Assembly (NCBI RefSeq): GCF_000012285.1
Contig: NC_007181.1
Coordinates: 600,001-632,000, forward strand
Reading direction: 5' to 3'
DNA: 32,000 nt
From: Sulfolobus acidocaldarius DSM 639
GTDB taxonomy: Archaea; Thermoproteota; Thermoprotei_A; Sulfolobales; Sulfolobaceae
The notes below the pieces were generated by a model, which saw only the letters and a program-made list of their open reading frames with translations, had not been told where the DNA came from and made no database searches. A program made the translations under genes and the position numbers. This document shows positions 19,723 through 30,108 of the stretch, in pieces; within the stretch, counting starts at the first letter, position 1; each line of letters begins with the position of its first letter.

Positions 19723-20956
19723 CATAATTGACACTGATAATTATTATGCGATAGTATACACTTACAAGACAATTGGATTAAGTAAGTTATATGAGCATTA
19801 TATACCAGAAAAAGATCTGATTAATATTCGTTTTTCGGATACACAAGTATCTTTGCTTCAAACTTGTAATCGCGTAGAATTATATTTGTATACCAAAGAT
19901 AGAAATAAAATAAACGATATTCTAAGCAAATTAAACGAAACTCATGGTAAGGACATTAGCAGTAATGCAATTGTACTGAGAGGTAAGGATGCCATAAATC
20001 ATTTATATCAAGTAGCCTCAGGACTAGATTCATTAGCTATAGGCGAATATGAGATTTTAGGTCAGATCAAAGAAGCCTTAACCAGTTGTAAAAAACATTC
20101 TCTATGTAATGAAGAAATTGAGTTACTATTTAATGCAGCAATTAAGGTAGGAAGAAAGGTAAGATCACTGACTAATATTTCTAAGGGAAAAGTAGGGATT
20201 TACTCTATTGCAATACAGAAATCATTAGAAGTTATGGGCGATTTAACTGACATAAAAATAGCAATAGTAGGAGCAGGAGAAATAGGATCAAAGTTGGCCT
20301 TTATGTTAAAAAATAACGGCGCAAGAAATTTGACTATCTTTAATAGGAACTTGGATAGAGCATTGGAGCTTTCAAATAAATTTGGTTACAATGCAGAACT
20401 TTTAGATTTTCAAAAGGTAAATGAATACGATTTAGTATTTATAGCTATAAATAACTCTAACCCGTCTCAATTGCGTTTAGATAAACCTAAATTAGTAATA
20501 GACTTATCTGTCCCTCCAGTTGTATATAAAACTTCAAATGTTATTTATTTAGACGATTTGAGAGTTATTTCAGATAATATTATATTAAATAAAAGAGAAG
20601 ATATTAAGAAAGCTGAAGCAATAATTAATGAAGAGATTCAGAAATTTGAGTCGTTATTAAATAATTATAATATGAATAGATTAGTCTCTAGATTTATGAG
20701 TGAAATAGAATGGGTCAGAGAGAAAGAAGTGGACAGAGCATTTAACGAGATACTTAAAAATTACGCTGATAAAGACAATATTAAAGAAATCATTGACAAA
20801 ATGACATATTCACTAATTAAAAAGGTCTTTTCTCCTATATTAGAAGATTTAAGAAAAGATCCAAATAATAAGAAACAAATAGTTGAATATTTGATAGAGG
20901 TGTTTCAGAATGGTCAATTTTCCGACACTAAGACCCAGAAGATTGAGAAGCAATAA
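19712..20956 (+). CDS. hemA: Glutamyl-tRNA reductase
   Basis: 414-aa ORF with the catalytic-Cys motif LQTCNRVELY, GLDSLAIGEYEILGQIK and NADPH-binding VGAGEIGS. Confidence 0.9.
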   Translation: MVDNIIDTDNYYAIVYTYKTIGLSKLYEHYIPEKDLINIRFSDTQVSLLQTCNRVELYLYTKDRNKINDILSKLNETHGKDISSNAIVLRGKDAINHLYQVASGLDSLAIGEYEILGQIKEALTSCKKHSLCNEEIELLFNAAIKVGRKVRSLTNISKGKVGIYSIAIQKSLEVMGDLTDIKIAIVGAGEIGSKLAFMLKNNGARNLTIFNRNLDRALELSNKFGYNAELLDFQKVNEYDLVFIAINNSNPSQLRLDKPKLVIDLSVPPVVYKTSNVIYLDDLRVISDNIILNKREDIKKAEAIINEEIQKFESLLNNYNMNRLVSRFMSEIEWVREKEVDRAFNEILKNYADKDNIKEIIDKMTYSLIKKVFSPILEDLRKDPNNKKQIVEYLIEVFQNGQFSDTKTQKIEKQ

Positions 20957-21920
20957 GTTGTTGAGAGATTTTGTTGCACAAACTCACTTAAACGCAGCTA
21001 ATCTTATATTACCAATTTTTGTAAAGGATGGAATAAGTGAGCCTGAGCAAATACAGAGTATGCCTGATGTTTATAGGTATCCTCCAAACGATAAACTAAT
21101 AAAATACGTTGAAAACGTGAAGGAAAAAGGAATAAAAAATATAATTTTATTTGGGATTCCTGCCTATAAGGACGAAGTAGCTTCTTCCGCATACGCAAAA
21201 GACGGTGTAATTCAAAGAGCTTTGAAGATGCTTAGAGAATCCTTTAAAGACCAAATTCTACTTATAGCTGATGAATGTACAGATGAATACATAAGCCATG
21301 GACATTGTGGTATAGTACTAAGAAGAAACGGTAACTTAGTTATTGATAATGATGAAAGTTTGCGTATTCACTCTAAGATAGCTGTAAGTCAAGCTGAAGC
21401 AGGTGCAGACGTTATAGCACCATCGTCAATGATGGATGGAGTAGTAGGTGCAATAAGACGAGATCTGGACGAGGCTGGTTATAAAGATGTAGCTATAATG
21501 GCGTATAGTGCAAAATACGCATCGACTTTTTATTCACCTTTTAGAGATGCTGCATATTCTAAGCCCTCTTTTGGAGATAGAAGAGGATATCAGATGGACC
21601 CAAGAAATTCCTATGAAGCTATAAAGGAAGTGAAATTGGACATAGAGGAAGGTGCAGATATCGTAATGGTGAAACCTGCTCATACATACTTAGATGTAAT
21701 AAGGATAGTTAAAGATGAATTTCCTGAGTATCCATTGGCTGCCTATCACGTTAGTGGAGAATATAGTATGATAAAAGCCGCTGCCATAAATGGTTGGATA
21801 GATGAGAAGACTGCCGTTCTAGAGATAACTACAGCAATAAAGAGAGCAGGAGCTGATCTAATAATAACCTATTATGCCGAAAAAATAGCTGAGTGGATAA
21901 GAGAAGGTGTTCCATTTTGA
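20910..21920 (+). CDS. hemB: Porphobilinogen synthase (delta-aminolevulinate dehydratase)
   Basis: 336-aa ORF with N-terminal RPRRLR, the metal-site region [14 protein letters not shown] and Schiff-base lysine contexts ([14 protein letters not shown]). Confidence 0.92.
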   Translation: MVNFPTLRPRRLRSNKLLRDFVAQTHLNAANLILPIFVKDGISEPEQIQSMPDVYRYPPNDKLIKYVENVKEKGIKNIILFGIPAYKDEVASSAYAKDGVIQRALKMLRESFKDQILLIADECTDEYISHGHCGIVLRRNGNLVIDNDESLRIHSKIAVSQAEAGADVIAPSSMMDGVVGAIRRDLDEAGYKDVAIMAYSAKYASTFYSPFRDAAYSKPSFGDRRGYQMDPRNSYEAIKEVKLDIEEGADIVMVKPAHTYLDVIRIVKDEFPEYPLAAYHVSGEYSMIKAAAINGWIDEKTAVLEITTAIKRAGADLIITYYAEKIAEWIREGVPF

Positions 21921-23179
21921 GTGAAAAATATTGGAATATAGCTAGTCATTATTTTGCAGGGGGAGTAAACAGTCCAGTAAGAGCTGCAGTAAAACCTTAT
22001 CCTTTTTATGTGGAAAGGGCAGAAGGAGCGTACCTGTATACAGCTGATAATAAACAATTAATAGATTATGTGTTAGGTTACGGTCCTCTAATACTTGGGC
22101 ATGCAAATCAATATGTAACCAAAAAAATTATAGAACAAGTTAATAAGGGTTGGCTATATGGTACACCAAGTCCTATTGAGATAGAGTTGGCAAGAAAGAT
22201 ATCCCATCATCTTCCATCAGCTCAAAAAATAAGATTTGTGAATAGTGGAACTGAAGCTACAATGTTAGCATTAAGGCTCGCTAGAGCATACACGGGAAGG
22301 GAGAAAATAATAAAATTTCATGGAAATTATCATGGCGCACACGACTATCTTCTGTTAGATGCAGGAAGTGCATTTACCGAATTTAACGTGAATGTTTATA
22401 ATGGAATTCCTAAGAGTATAGTTAATACAATTAGAATTTGTGAGTATAATGACGCTGAATGCGTAGAAAAATTATCCAAAAGCGAAGATATAGCTGGAGT
22501 AATTGTAGAACCAGTTATGGGAAATATGGGGGTTATCCTACCCGATAAGGATTTTTTAGAGAGGCTAAGGGAAATTACACTAACTTATAATTCTGTTTTA
22601 ATATTTGACGAAGTTATAACTGGATTTAGATTAGGTTTAGGTGGTGCCCAAGGTACGTTTAATGTTACCCCAGATTTAACCACATTAGGAAAGATAATTG
22701 GTGGCGGTTTGCCTATAGGAGCAGTAGCTGGAAAAAAGGAAATAATTGATATGTTAACACCAGCCGGTAAGGTATTCAATGCAGGTACATTTAATGCAAA
22801 TCCGTTAACTATGACAGCTGGATTAGCTACTATAGAAGTTTTAGAGCGAGAAAATGTTCATGAAGTAGCAAATAGAGCTGTGAATGTAATATTAGAAGAA
22901 TTAGTTAATGCGTTAGATAAGAAAATTCCAAATAATTTCGTCATAAATCATATAGGAAGTATGTTTCAGGTGTTCTTTGGAGTCAAAAAGGTTTCGAATG
23001 CAACAGAAGCGAAATTAGCTAATAAAGAAATGTATCAAAAATTCCATAACTTGTTACTTCAAAGAGGCGTATTTATTCCACCAAGTCAGTTTGAAACCAT
23101 ATTCACATCATACGCACACAAAGATGTAGTAGTAAACACTACATTGGAAATTCTGAGAAAAGTGGTTCAGGAGTTATGA
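21917..23179 (+). CDS. hemL: Glutamate-1-semialdehyde 2,1-aminomutase
   Basis: [26 protein letters not shown] and PLP-lysine [10 protein letters not shown] prefer TTG 21917, which overlaps the hemB TGA and has GGTG 7 nt upstream. The in-frame ATG 21893 used by the track is the alternative. Confidence 0.88.
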   Translation: MSEKYWNIASHYFAGGVNSPVRAAVKPYPFYVERAEGAYLYTADNKQLIDYVLGYGPLILGHANQYVTKKIIEQVNKGWLYGTPSPIEIELARKISHHLPSAQKIRFVNSGTEATMLALRLARAYTGREKIIKFHGNYHGAHDYLLLDAGSAFTEFNVNVYNGIPKSIVNTIRICEYNDAECVEKLSKSEDIAGVIVEPVMGNMGVILPDKDFLERLREITLTYNSVLIFDEVITGFRLGLGGAQGTFNVTPDLTTLGKIIGGGLPIGAVAGKKEIIDMLTPAGKVFNAGTFNANPLTMTAGLATIEVLERENVHEVANRAVNVILEELVNALDKKIPNNFVINHIGSMFQVFFGVKKVSNATEAKLANKEMYQKFHNLLLQRGVFIPPSQFETIFTSYAHKDVVVNTTLEILRKVVQEL

Positions 23180-24066
23180 GAATAAGAATAGCTGCACGTG
23201 GGAGCCTTTTAAGCAGAATTCAAGTTAAGATGGTAGAGGATAAACTTAGGAATTTGGGCATAGAGACAGAACTTATAGTTGTGAAAACAAAAGCTGATTT
23301 ATTTCAAGATAAACCATTAAATAGCCTTGGTAAAGGTGTCTTTGAGAAAGAAGTTAATGAAGCAGTAATAAACGGAGAAGCTGATATTGCGGTACATAGT
23401 ATGAAAGACATGCTAAGTGATATGGACGAGAAATTAGTTTTGTATGGGGTTTTGCCTAGGGATTCACCATATGATTCCTTAGTTGCTGAAAAAGATTTGT
23501 TTAATATCGAATCTGGCAAAGTAATAGGCACAAGTAGTATTAGAAGAAGAAGTATGATCTCTTTCTATAGAAGAGACCTAGTTGTAAAAGATCTCAGAGG
23601 AAATATTGATACTAGGTTGAAAAAATATCAATCTAAGGAATATGACGGAATAGTGATTGCTGAAGCAGCAATTAAAAGGCTAAACTCTGTTGTTAGGTAT
23701 TATAAAATAGATCCAAAAATAATAACGCCTGAGGCTAATCAAGGAATAATAGCTATAGTAGGCAGAGTAAATGAGAAACTGAAAACTCTATTTAGAGAAT
23801 TGAATGACGAGAGAACTCTTAAAGAAGCGTTAGTGGAAAGAACCGTAGTGAAGCTTTTAGGAGGTGGTTGTCATTCCCCCATAGGGATTTTAGCTTCGAT
23901 GATATCTGAAAACGAGTTTAATGTTATATCTACATATGTCATCAGTGACAAGAAAAAAATTACTATAGAAGGAATATACAGAGGAGATCCAACTACTGTA
24001 GGCGAAAAAGTAGTTAAGGATATGGTAAAGGTGCTTAAACATGAAAATTCTTCTGTTACGACCTGA
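23176..24066 (+). CDS. hemC: Hydroxymethylbilane synthase (porphobilinogen deaminase)
   Basis: 296-aa ORF with [27 protein letters not shown] and the dipyrromethane-cofactor Cys in GGGCHSPIG. Confidence 0.9.
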   Translation: MRIRIAARGSLLSRIQVKMVEDKLRNLGIETELIVVKTKADLFQDKPLNSLGKGVFEKEVNEAVINGEADIAVHSMKDMLSDMDEKLVLYGVLPRDSPYDSLVAEKDLFNIESGKVIGTSSIRRRSMISFYRRDLVVKDLRGNIDTRLKKYQSKEYDGIVIAEAAIKRLNSVVRYYKIDPKIITPEANQGIIAIVGRVNEKLKTLFRELNDERTLKEALVERTVVKLLGGGCHSPIGILASMISENEFNVISTYVISDKKKITIEGIYRGDPTTVGEKVVKDMVKVLKHENSSVTT

Positions 24067-24703
24067 AAATTCTAGGATACCTGTTTTAAATAACGTAGAA
24101 ATTATAAATATTCCTATTTTCGAGATTCGTTGTGTGAAATATGATAATGAGATTCTTAATCAAATTGACGGAATTGGATTTACTAGTGTAAATGGCGTTA
24201 TGTGTTTTAAGGATTTTGATCGTATTCGCCTCAGTAAAATTTACGCTGTAGGTAGATCAACTGCAATGGCAATAATGAATAAGGGGTTTCCTGATGTAAA
24301 GGTTCCCACAGAATTTACAGTGAATAGTATGATTCAGTTAATGTTAAATGATGGGTTAAAAAACCCTGTAGTTGTGAGAAGTAAGGTAGGATATGAAAGA
24401 GATCGAGAATTGATAAGGAATGTTGTTTTTCTTGTCGACTATGACCTTGAAGTTATTGAGCATAATCTCGAACGTGCAAAATCACTCATTAAAGAATGTA
24501 GAGTAGATATTGTGGTAGTTACTAGTTCCAAGATAGCAAGTTTAATAAAAGATTCTATATCTAATTGCATCAAAATAGTAAGTATAGGACCAATTACTTC
24601 ATCTGCTTTAGAAGGAGTAAATAATATATATGAAGCAAAGCAACATGATATAAACGGAGTTTTAAATATAATATCTGACTTGTTGAGGGATAGTAATGGA
24701 TGA
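24041..24703 (+). CDS. hemD: Uroporphyrinogen-III synthase (probable)
   Basis: 220-aa ORF of the right size and operon position (after hemC, overlapping it). Weak two-lobed HemD-like pattern (FTSVNGV..., VTSS.IA). The family is poorly conserved, so the call rests mainly on context. Confidence 0.6.
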   Translation: MKILLLRPENSRIPVLNNVEIINIPIFEIRCVKYDNEILNQIDGIGFTSVNGVMCFKDFDRIRLSKIYAVGRSTAMAIMNKGFPDVKVPTEFTVNSMIQLMLNDGLKNPVVVRSKVGYERDRELIRNVVFLVDYDLEVIEHNLERAKSLIKECRVDIVVVTSSKIASLIKDSISNCIKIVSIGPITSSALEGVNNIYEAKQHDINGVLNIISDLLRDSNG

Positions 24704-24962
24704 AGGTGAATTGAAAAAATTAATTCTTTCAATTTTAAGAAAGAATGTTGGAGAAATAGATGAGAAAACTTTTGAAATTAGGTTTTCTCAAAGTTTTAGG
24801 GATAAAGTTTCCACATATGGAAGGTTTGAAACTAGCAATGGTGTTTATGAGTTTGCTGTAATGGTGGATAAGAAGGGAAAAGTTCTAAGGGACCATGTAA
24901 ATTTGATAATGCCTAAAAATGTAAAGAACGAAATAGAAGATAAGATAAGAAACAGGGAATAA
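24696..24962 (+). CDS. Hypothetical 88-aa protein, translationally coupled to hemD
   Basis: The ATG overlaps the hemD stop (ATGGATGA). Charged, soluble-looking; no motif recognised. Confidence 0.5.
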   Translation: MDEGELKKLILSILRKNVGEIDEKTFEIRFSQSFRDKVSTYGRFETSNGVYEFAVMVDKKGKVLRDHVNLIMPKNVKNEIEDKIRNRE

Positions 24963-24964
24963 AT

Positions 24965-26617
24965 TTGAAAGTATTATTAGTAGTAATAGATGGATTATCT
25001 TTCTCTGTATTTGAGCGTATTAAGGATAAATTACCTGTAATGAAGGATTTGATTGAGAAAGGATTCTACAGTAAATTAGAATCTGTGTTTCCATCTTTAA
25101 CACCGGTTGCACTTGCATCTCTAGCTACGGGATTTAACCCAAAAAATAATGGTGTAAACTCATCTAAAATTTATTTAAAAAATTCCTCATTAGATAAACC
25201 TTTGTCAGCATATAATAGTAAAGCCCTAAAAGTAAATCCGATATGGGTTTACCTTGCCAAAGAGGGATATAACGTTTTAGTGGCTTCTTTTCCTCAAGCT
25301 TTACCCGACAGGTGGAATATGGAAGGATTAGTTCTTTTAGATCCTTATAGAAGTAGAATTAGAAAATGTAGTGATGGTAAAGTAATTAGAAGTGGTGAAA
25401 ATAAAGTCCTAGGAAAAATATGGTTAGTGGAGAGCAGACATAATAACGGTTACTATGTATCATATAGTTCTCCTTCGGGAGAAAAGAGTATTGAAATATC
25501 GAAGGGAGATTGGTATGGACCTATAGAAATATATGGTAAATGCGGTAAGAATGAGTTAACAGGTATATCATTCCTTCATGCAAGAGAAGATAGCATATAC
25601 TTAAGTCCTGTAAGCTTCTATAATAAAGAATGGTGTAATAAACCCTCTATAATGGAAAATGTGTGGAATTATGTGAGTTTAAAATACGGAATGATGCTGG
25701 ATGGAGACTATCCGTCACTAAGTAAAGGAATAATAACATTTGAAGAATATATGAAAACCATAGATCTAACATTCGATTTTTTTAAAAATTATACCAAGTA
25801 TTTACTAGATAATATAAAGTGGGATTTAGCTATAACTTATCTACCCATAGTAGACAATTTACAGCATTTATTATACGGAATAGATGATGATAAAGCGTAT
25901 GAATATATTCTAAAAGGTTATTTGATGGCTGATGAATTCATAAAATTACAACTAGACTACGCTCCTCTAATTTTCATAGTGTCTGATCATGGAATAGAGA
26001 AAATAAAAAAGAGAGTTTATGTAAATAAACTCCTTGAAAAAATGAATATTTTGAAGTTAAGGTCAGAAGACGAGATTGATTGGTCTAAAACTAAAGCCTA
26101 TTATGTTGGTGGTGGTCAAATTAGGATTAATTTACGTGGTCGTGAAAATAGAGGTATAGTTTCTATCAAGGAATTTCCTAAATTGGTGAAAAGAATTGTT
26201 AAAAACTTGGAGAATTTAAAAGATGAAAATGAACAAATTTTTACGTCTATTTACGCAAACGAAGTACCTTCGTCAGATCGAGAAGGAGATATTACAATTA
26301 TGGGAGTTAGAAGATATTATGGAATTAGTAGTATGGTTAAAGCTAATCAGGAAGTACTAGAAAACGTTAAACCTTATGTTACAGCTACAGGCGAGCATGG
26401 ATATTTTAGAGAGAACGATTTGTATGGTATAGTTATAATTTATAGTAAAAATAATAATTTTAAGAATATATTGCGTATTAATAGCCTGAGAATTATAGAT
26501 ATAGCACCTACAATTCTGAGTCTCTTCAGGATAAATAATGTTAAATTTGATGGTGTCCCAATTTCAAAATTGATAGAAATTTATGAGTATTCCCGCAACA
26601 ATATCGAAAAAGGCTAG
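24965..26617 (+). CDS. Alkaline-phosphatase-superfamily protein (type I phosphodiesterase/nucleotide pyrophosphatase-like)
   Basis: 550-aa ORF with a TTG start 2 nt after the preceding stop. The metal-ligand and nucleophile set is in canonical order: VVIDGLS (Asp), PSLTPVALASLATG (Thr nucleophile), VDNLQH (Asp/His), VSDHG (Asp/His), TGEHG (His). Confidence 0.75.
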   Translation: MKVLLVVIDGLSFSVFERIKDKLPVMKDLIEKGFYSKLESVFPSLTPVALASLATGFNPKNNGVNSSKIYLKNSSLDKPLSAYNSKALKVNPIWVYLAKEGYNVLVASFPQALPDRWNMEGLVLLDPYRSRIRKCSDGKVIRSGENKVLGKIWLVESRHNNGYYVSYSSPSGEKSIEISKGDWYGPIEIYGKCGKNELTGISFLHAREDSIYLSPVSFYNKEWCNKPSIMENVWNYVSLKYGMMLDGDYPSLSKGIITFEEYMKTIDLTFDFFKNYTKYLLDNIKWDLAITYLPIVDNLQHLLYGIDDDKAYEYILKGYLMADEFIKLQLDYAPLIFIVSDHGIEKIKKRVYVNKLLEKMNILKLRSEDEIDWSKTKAYYVGGGQIRINLRGRENRGIVSIKEFPKLVKRIVKNLENLKDENEQIFTSIYANEVPSSDREGDITIMGVRRYYGISSMVKANQEVLENVKPYVTATGEHGYFRENDLYGIVIIYSKNNNFKNILRINSLRIIDIAPTILSLFRINNVKFDGVPISKLIEIYEYSRNNIEKG

Positions 26618-27977
26618 AAAGCTGATTGGCATAAGTTATGAAGAACAGGGTATGCCTTACGTCGAACAAGTAGATTCGGAAGGAAATAGAGTCAACGTAG
26701 TTGAACAAAAGATTTATATTAAAAAATCCTTCATGACCATTCCGAGTAGTCTCAGGCTTATTCACACTAACAAGCTTCTTAGAACACCTAGTTTACTACC
26801 TATAATCTCGAATTTGCAAGATTTACCATATAAATACAAGCCAATTAATAACGGGAAAAATAAAGAGATTAGAGATGTAACTGTTGAGAGATTAATAATA
26901 GGTGGTGGAACTTCTGGTCTAGCAAGTATGAGGGAAAATTCCTTATTAATAACTAGAGAAGAGTTAGGTGATATCTTATTTGACGAATATACTTTAGAAA
27001 GGTCGTTTATAATTGAAGAATTAAAAAAATTATACAAGTATTATCAGAATCACATTATAAGCGGAAGATTTTTAGGAAAATTTGACGAAGGGCTGGTATT
27101 CGATACAGTAGATCAGATTTGGATTGTAAAAGCTAATGAAATCGTTTTAGCCGGAGGGGGCAGGTGCCTTAAGCCCATATTTCCAGGAAATAATACACCT
27201 GGTATAGTTTCAAGAGAATTTAATCTTAAAAGGCTTAAAAACAAATTTCAGAAAATTCTTGTATAAGGTTATACCGATCTAGCAGCTAGGACCGCACTAC
27301 ACGCAAAAAAATCTACTATTCTTGTTCCTAATAATATTACTATTTCCCTATCACCTTATTATAAGGAACAATTAGATAAAAAAGGAGTTGAGATTTCTAA
27401 TGGAAATATCTATAATATAGAGAGTAATAACGGAAAACTTATAGTTCAGACAGATAAAACTACTTTAGAGGCAGATTTGATCGTATTTTCGGTTTCTAAA
27501 CAACCCAGACTGGAAATTACTTCAAGTGTAGGAATTGGTTATATATATGATGCTGGTAGGCACTTATATGTTCCCGTTCATGATCAATTAGGCAGAAATA
27601 AGAATTTATTCATAGTAGGAGGAATGAGAGGAATAGATAATGAATACTTAAGTTATTTGAGTGGGAAAGCCTCTAAGGGAGAGGAAATCGATAGATTTTT
27701 AGAAGAATTGAAAAAATACAATCCTAATCAGCAAAATGAATCTCCGTATAATTATGGAAATGGTGGAATTGTATGTGAATGTGAAGATATAAGCATGGAG
27801 GATATCAATTTTGCTCTTTCATTGGGAATCGAAAAGGACGTAGAAAAGCTCAAAAGAATAACTGGTTTAGGAACTGGTCATTGTCAAGGAAAGGCATGTA
27901 CTATTAACCTTGGCGACTACTTAAAAAGTTCCAGACTAATCTCCTATAGATCACCCATATATCCGGTGATATTATGA
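26583..27977 (+). pseudogene. FAD/NAD(P)-binding oxidoreductase with BFD-like [2Fe-2S] domain (sarcosine-oxidase-alpha / opine-oxidase-A / proline-dehydrogenase-alpha-like), interrupted by an in-frame TAA
   Basis: Track ORFs 26583-27266 and 27477-27977 are in the same frame. The 70 codons between them (27267-27476) are open and encode a typical central domain (GYTDLAARTALHAKKSTILV...GVEISNG...LEADLIVFSV). The only lesion is TAA at 27264-27266. Motifs: IIGGGTSGLAS (dinucleotide binding) and CECEDIS...GHCQGKAC (BFD-like Cys cluster). The true 5' start is uncertain (ATG 26583 or 26652). Confidence 0.75.
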
Positions 27978-29082
27978 TCATAATAGTAGGAGCAGGTTCA
28001 CATGGATTAAGCCTAGCTTATCATCTGTATAAGGAGGGAATTAAAGACGTAAGTATAATTGAAGCAAAGAATGTTGGATACGGTAGTAGCAGTAGAAATG
28101 CGTCAAGATATAGGTATCATTTTAACAGTAAGGAAAATATTGAGTTTGCAAAGAGTGCAATACCCTATTTATGGTCTCAATACAAAGAACTTATTCTAAA
28201 TGTTTTTATGTTTAATACAGGTTATTTATGGATTTTAAGAACCGATGAGGAAATTAGAACAATAAATAAATTAGATAGTATATGGAGAGAAGAGGGAATA
28301 GGTGGTAAGTTTATTAGGTGTAATGAATTCGAGTTTCTAAAATTTGATGGTGAATGCTACTTTGCACCTCAAAACGGATCATTTCATCATGATTATCTCC
28401 TTTATAGTTACTACCTTAAAATAAAGGATAAGTACCAGTTTATCTATAGAGAAGCTGATAAAATCATAATAGAAATTCCAAGGTTAAAGGGGTAAAACTT
28501 TCCACTGGAGAAGTAATAAATGGTGATACTGTTGTTATAACAGCAGGGGCATGGAGTGGCGAACTTATGAAGAAAAATAATTTTAATGTCCCCATTTTTC
28601 CTGAAAAAAAGGAGATATTTATAACAGAAAGTCTACGATATATGGTAAAACCATTAGTGATAGATCAAACTAACCAGGTATACTTCTCACATACCTTGAA
28701 GGGAGAGATAATTGGAGGAACTTCAACACCACATGAATATGGATTTTATGAATTTTCTAATTCTATTCAGGAACTGTCTAAGTTTTTAAGAGGAGTCAGA
28801 AGTCTAGTAAAAGGTGCAGAGGGCATAGGAATTATGAGAGGCTGGAGTGGATATTATGAAATGACTCCTGATAATTCACATATTATGGGATTTTCCAATG
28901 AGTGGCCTGAAGGTCTTTACATAGACGCAGGATATAGTGGTCATGGAATGATGTTTTCTCCTTATTCTGGGAAAATATTATCTAAGCTTATTTTAGATGG
29001 ATATGTTGACAACCAAATAACGAGATTTTCGCCAGACAGGTTTAAAGAAGGCAAATTAATAGGAGAAAAACTTGTTATCTAG
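27974..29082 (+). pseudogene. FAD-dependent oxidoreductase (DAO family; sarcosine-oxidase-beta / proline-dehydrogenase-beta-like), split by a -1 frame change near 28472-28492
   Basis: The N-terminal part (27974-28495) has IIIVGAGSHGLSLAYHL...GSSSRNASRYR. The frame-shifted continuation is open from 28462 and reads NSKVKGVKLSTGEVINGDTVVITAGAWS, then GYSGHGMMFSP. Together these give a protein of about 369 aa, a normal size for this family. Confidence 0.75.
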
Positions 29083-30055
29083 GTAAGACAACCGCTTTCT
29101 TTTTCATGTGTGTGTTTATATATGAAGCTAGATCTTTCGCGTACTGACTCCTACTTCCATCAACAACAATTAAATCTGCTGAGGTATTATCAATATAGTA
29201 TACAGTTTCTTCAAAATCCGCATGGCTACTCATACCTATAACAAAAGAATTCTGATCTAGTGTTTTTATTATGTTATCTATCAGCCATCCATCTAACAGG
29301 AAATTAGCATGAAACTTATCCCTTTTCTTAAACTGTGTAGCATGCTCAAAGGCTACATACCAATTATTCTTTAATACTTCTCTACCTTCCGGTGTATTTA
29401 AGCTAACTACGTTTTTTAAATCCCCTTCATATTTAGTAAAGATACGTGTTAGTTTCTCTATCTTATTATCTACCAAGAAAGGTGCTTCAACACCATACTT
29501 TCTCAGTATTTTCATTGCTTCTTGAATCTTCCCATAATAACCATAAATTTTAACAGGTCTTTTCAGAAGTTCATCTGAAACATAATCAGCAAACAGCATG
29601 TCAACATCTTGCTTAAATTGCCTTACTAACCTTGGATTTCCATAAGTAGCATCGATAATTAGGATATCTGGATTTAATATTTTAGTTCCTTTTCCAGGTT
29701 CTCTGAAATCTCCTGTATATGCAATTTCCGTTTCGTCTGTTTCAATTAGTACTTGAGCAGCTCCTAGTATATGCTCAGCCTTTTCCAGTTTTATTCTCTC
29801 ACCTGAAAGTTCTATTTCTATGCCATACTCTAAAGGAAACTTCTTATGTTTAGGTACTATGTACCCAAGTACATCCAATGCCTCAATAGTCGCAGGCGTT
29901 CCTATAATACTAGTACATTCTTTAAGACTTTTCTCTAATTCTGTTAAGTGGTCAGAATGAAAATGTGTTACAGCCCTGAATAACCTTTTATAATGTCCAT
30001 CTACAGTAAAATTCTTACCTATCAAAATTGCTCCATTCTTCAGTATATCATACAT
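29075..30055 (-). CDS. Metallo-beta-lactamase-fold hydrolase with beta-CASP-like insertion (putative nuclease), downstream of lig
   Basis: 326-aa ORF. MBL motifs in order: THFHSDH (HxHxDH), AEHILGAAQ (His), YTGDF (Asp). After an inserted domain of about 150 aa: IIDATYG (motif A-like Asp), SSHADF (motif B-like His), LIVVDGS (motif C position occupied by Asp, not His). Confidence 0.7.
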   Translation of the reverse strand: MYDILKNGAILIGKNFTVDGHYKRLFRAVTHFHSDHLTELEKSLKECTSIIGTPATIEALDVLGYIVPKHKKFPLEYGIEIELSGERIKLEKAEHILGAAQVLIETDETEIAYTGDFREPGKGTKILNPDILIIDATYGNPRLVRQFKQDVDMLFADYVSDELLKRPVKIYGYYGKIQEAMKILRKYGVEAPFLVDNKIEKLTRIFTKYEGDLKNVVSLNTPEGREVLKNNWYVAFEHATQFKKRDKFHANFLLDGWLIDNIIKTLDQNSFVIGMSSHADFEETVYYIDNTSADLIVVDGSRSQYAKDLASYINTHMKKKAVVLPR

Positions 30056-30108
30056 TTACTCTATGTCGTCCTAAAAGTTTATGAAGTTTTATCATATAAT
30101 ATTAGCTT

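Noticed and set aside
27264-28495. Treating the four oxidoreductase ORF fragments (26583-27266, 27477-27977, 27974-28495, 28567-29082) as four separate genes
   Set aside because: Frame analysis shows two genes. The first pair of fragments is co-linear across a single TAA. The second pair joins across a 1-nt frame change with continuous family-typical sequence. The internal fragments lack their own start contexts.
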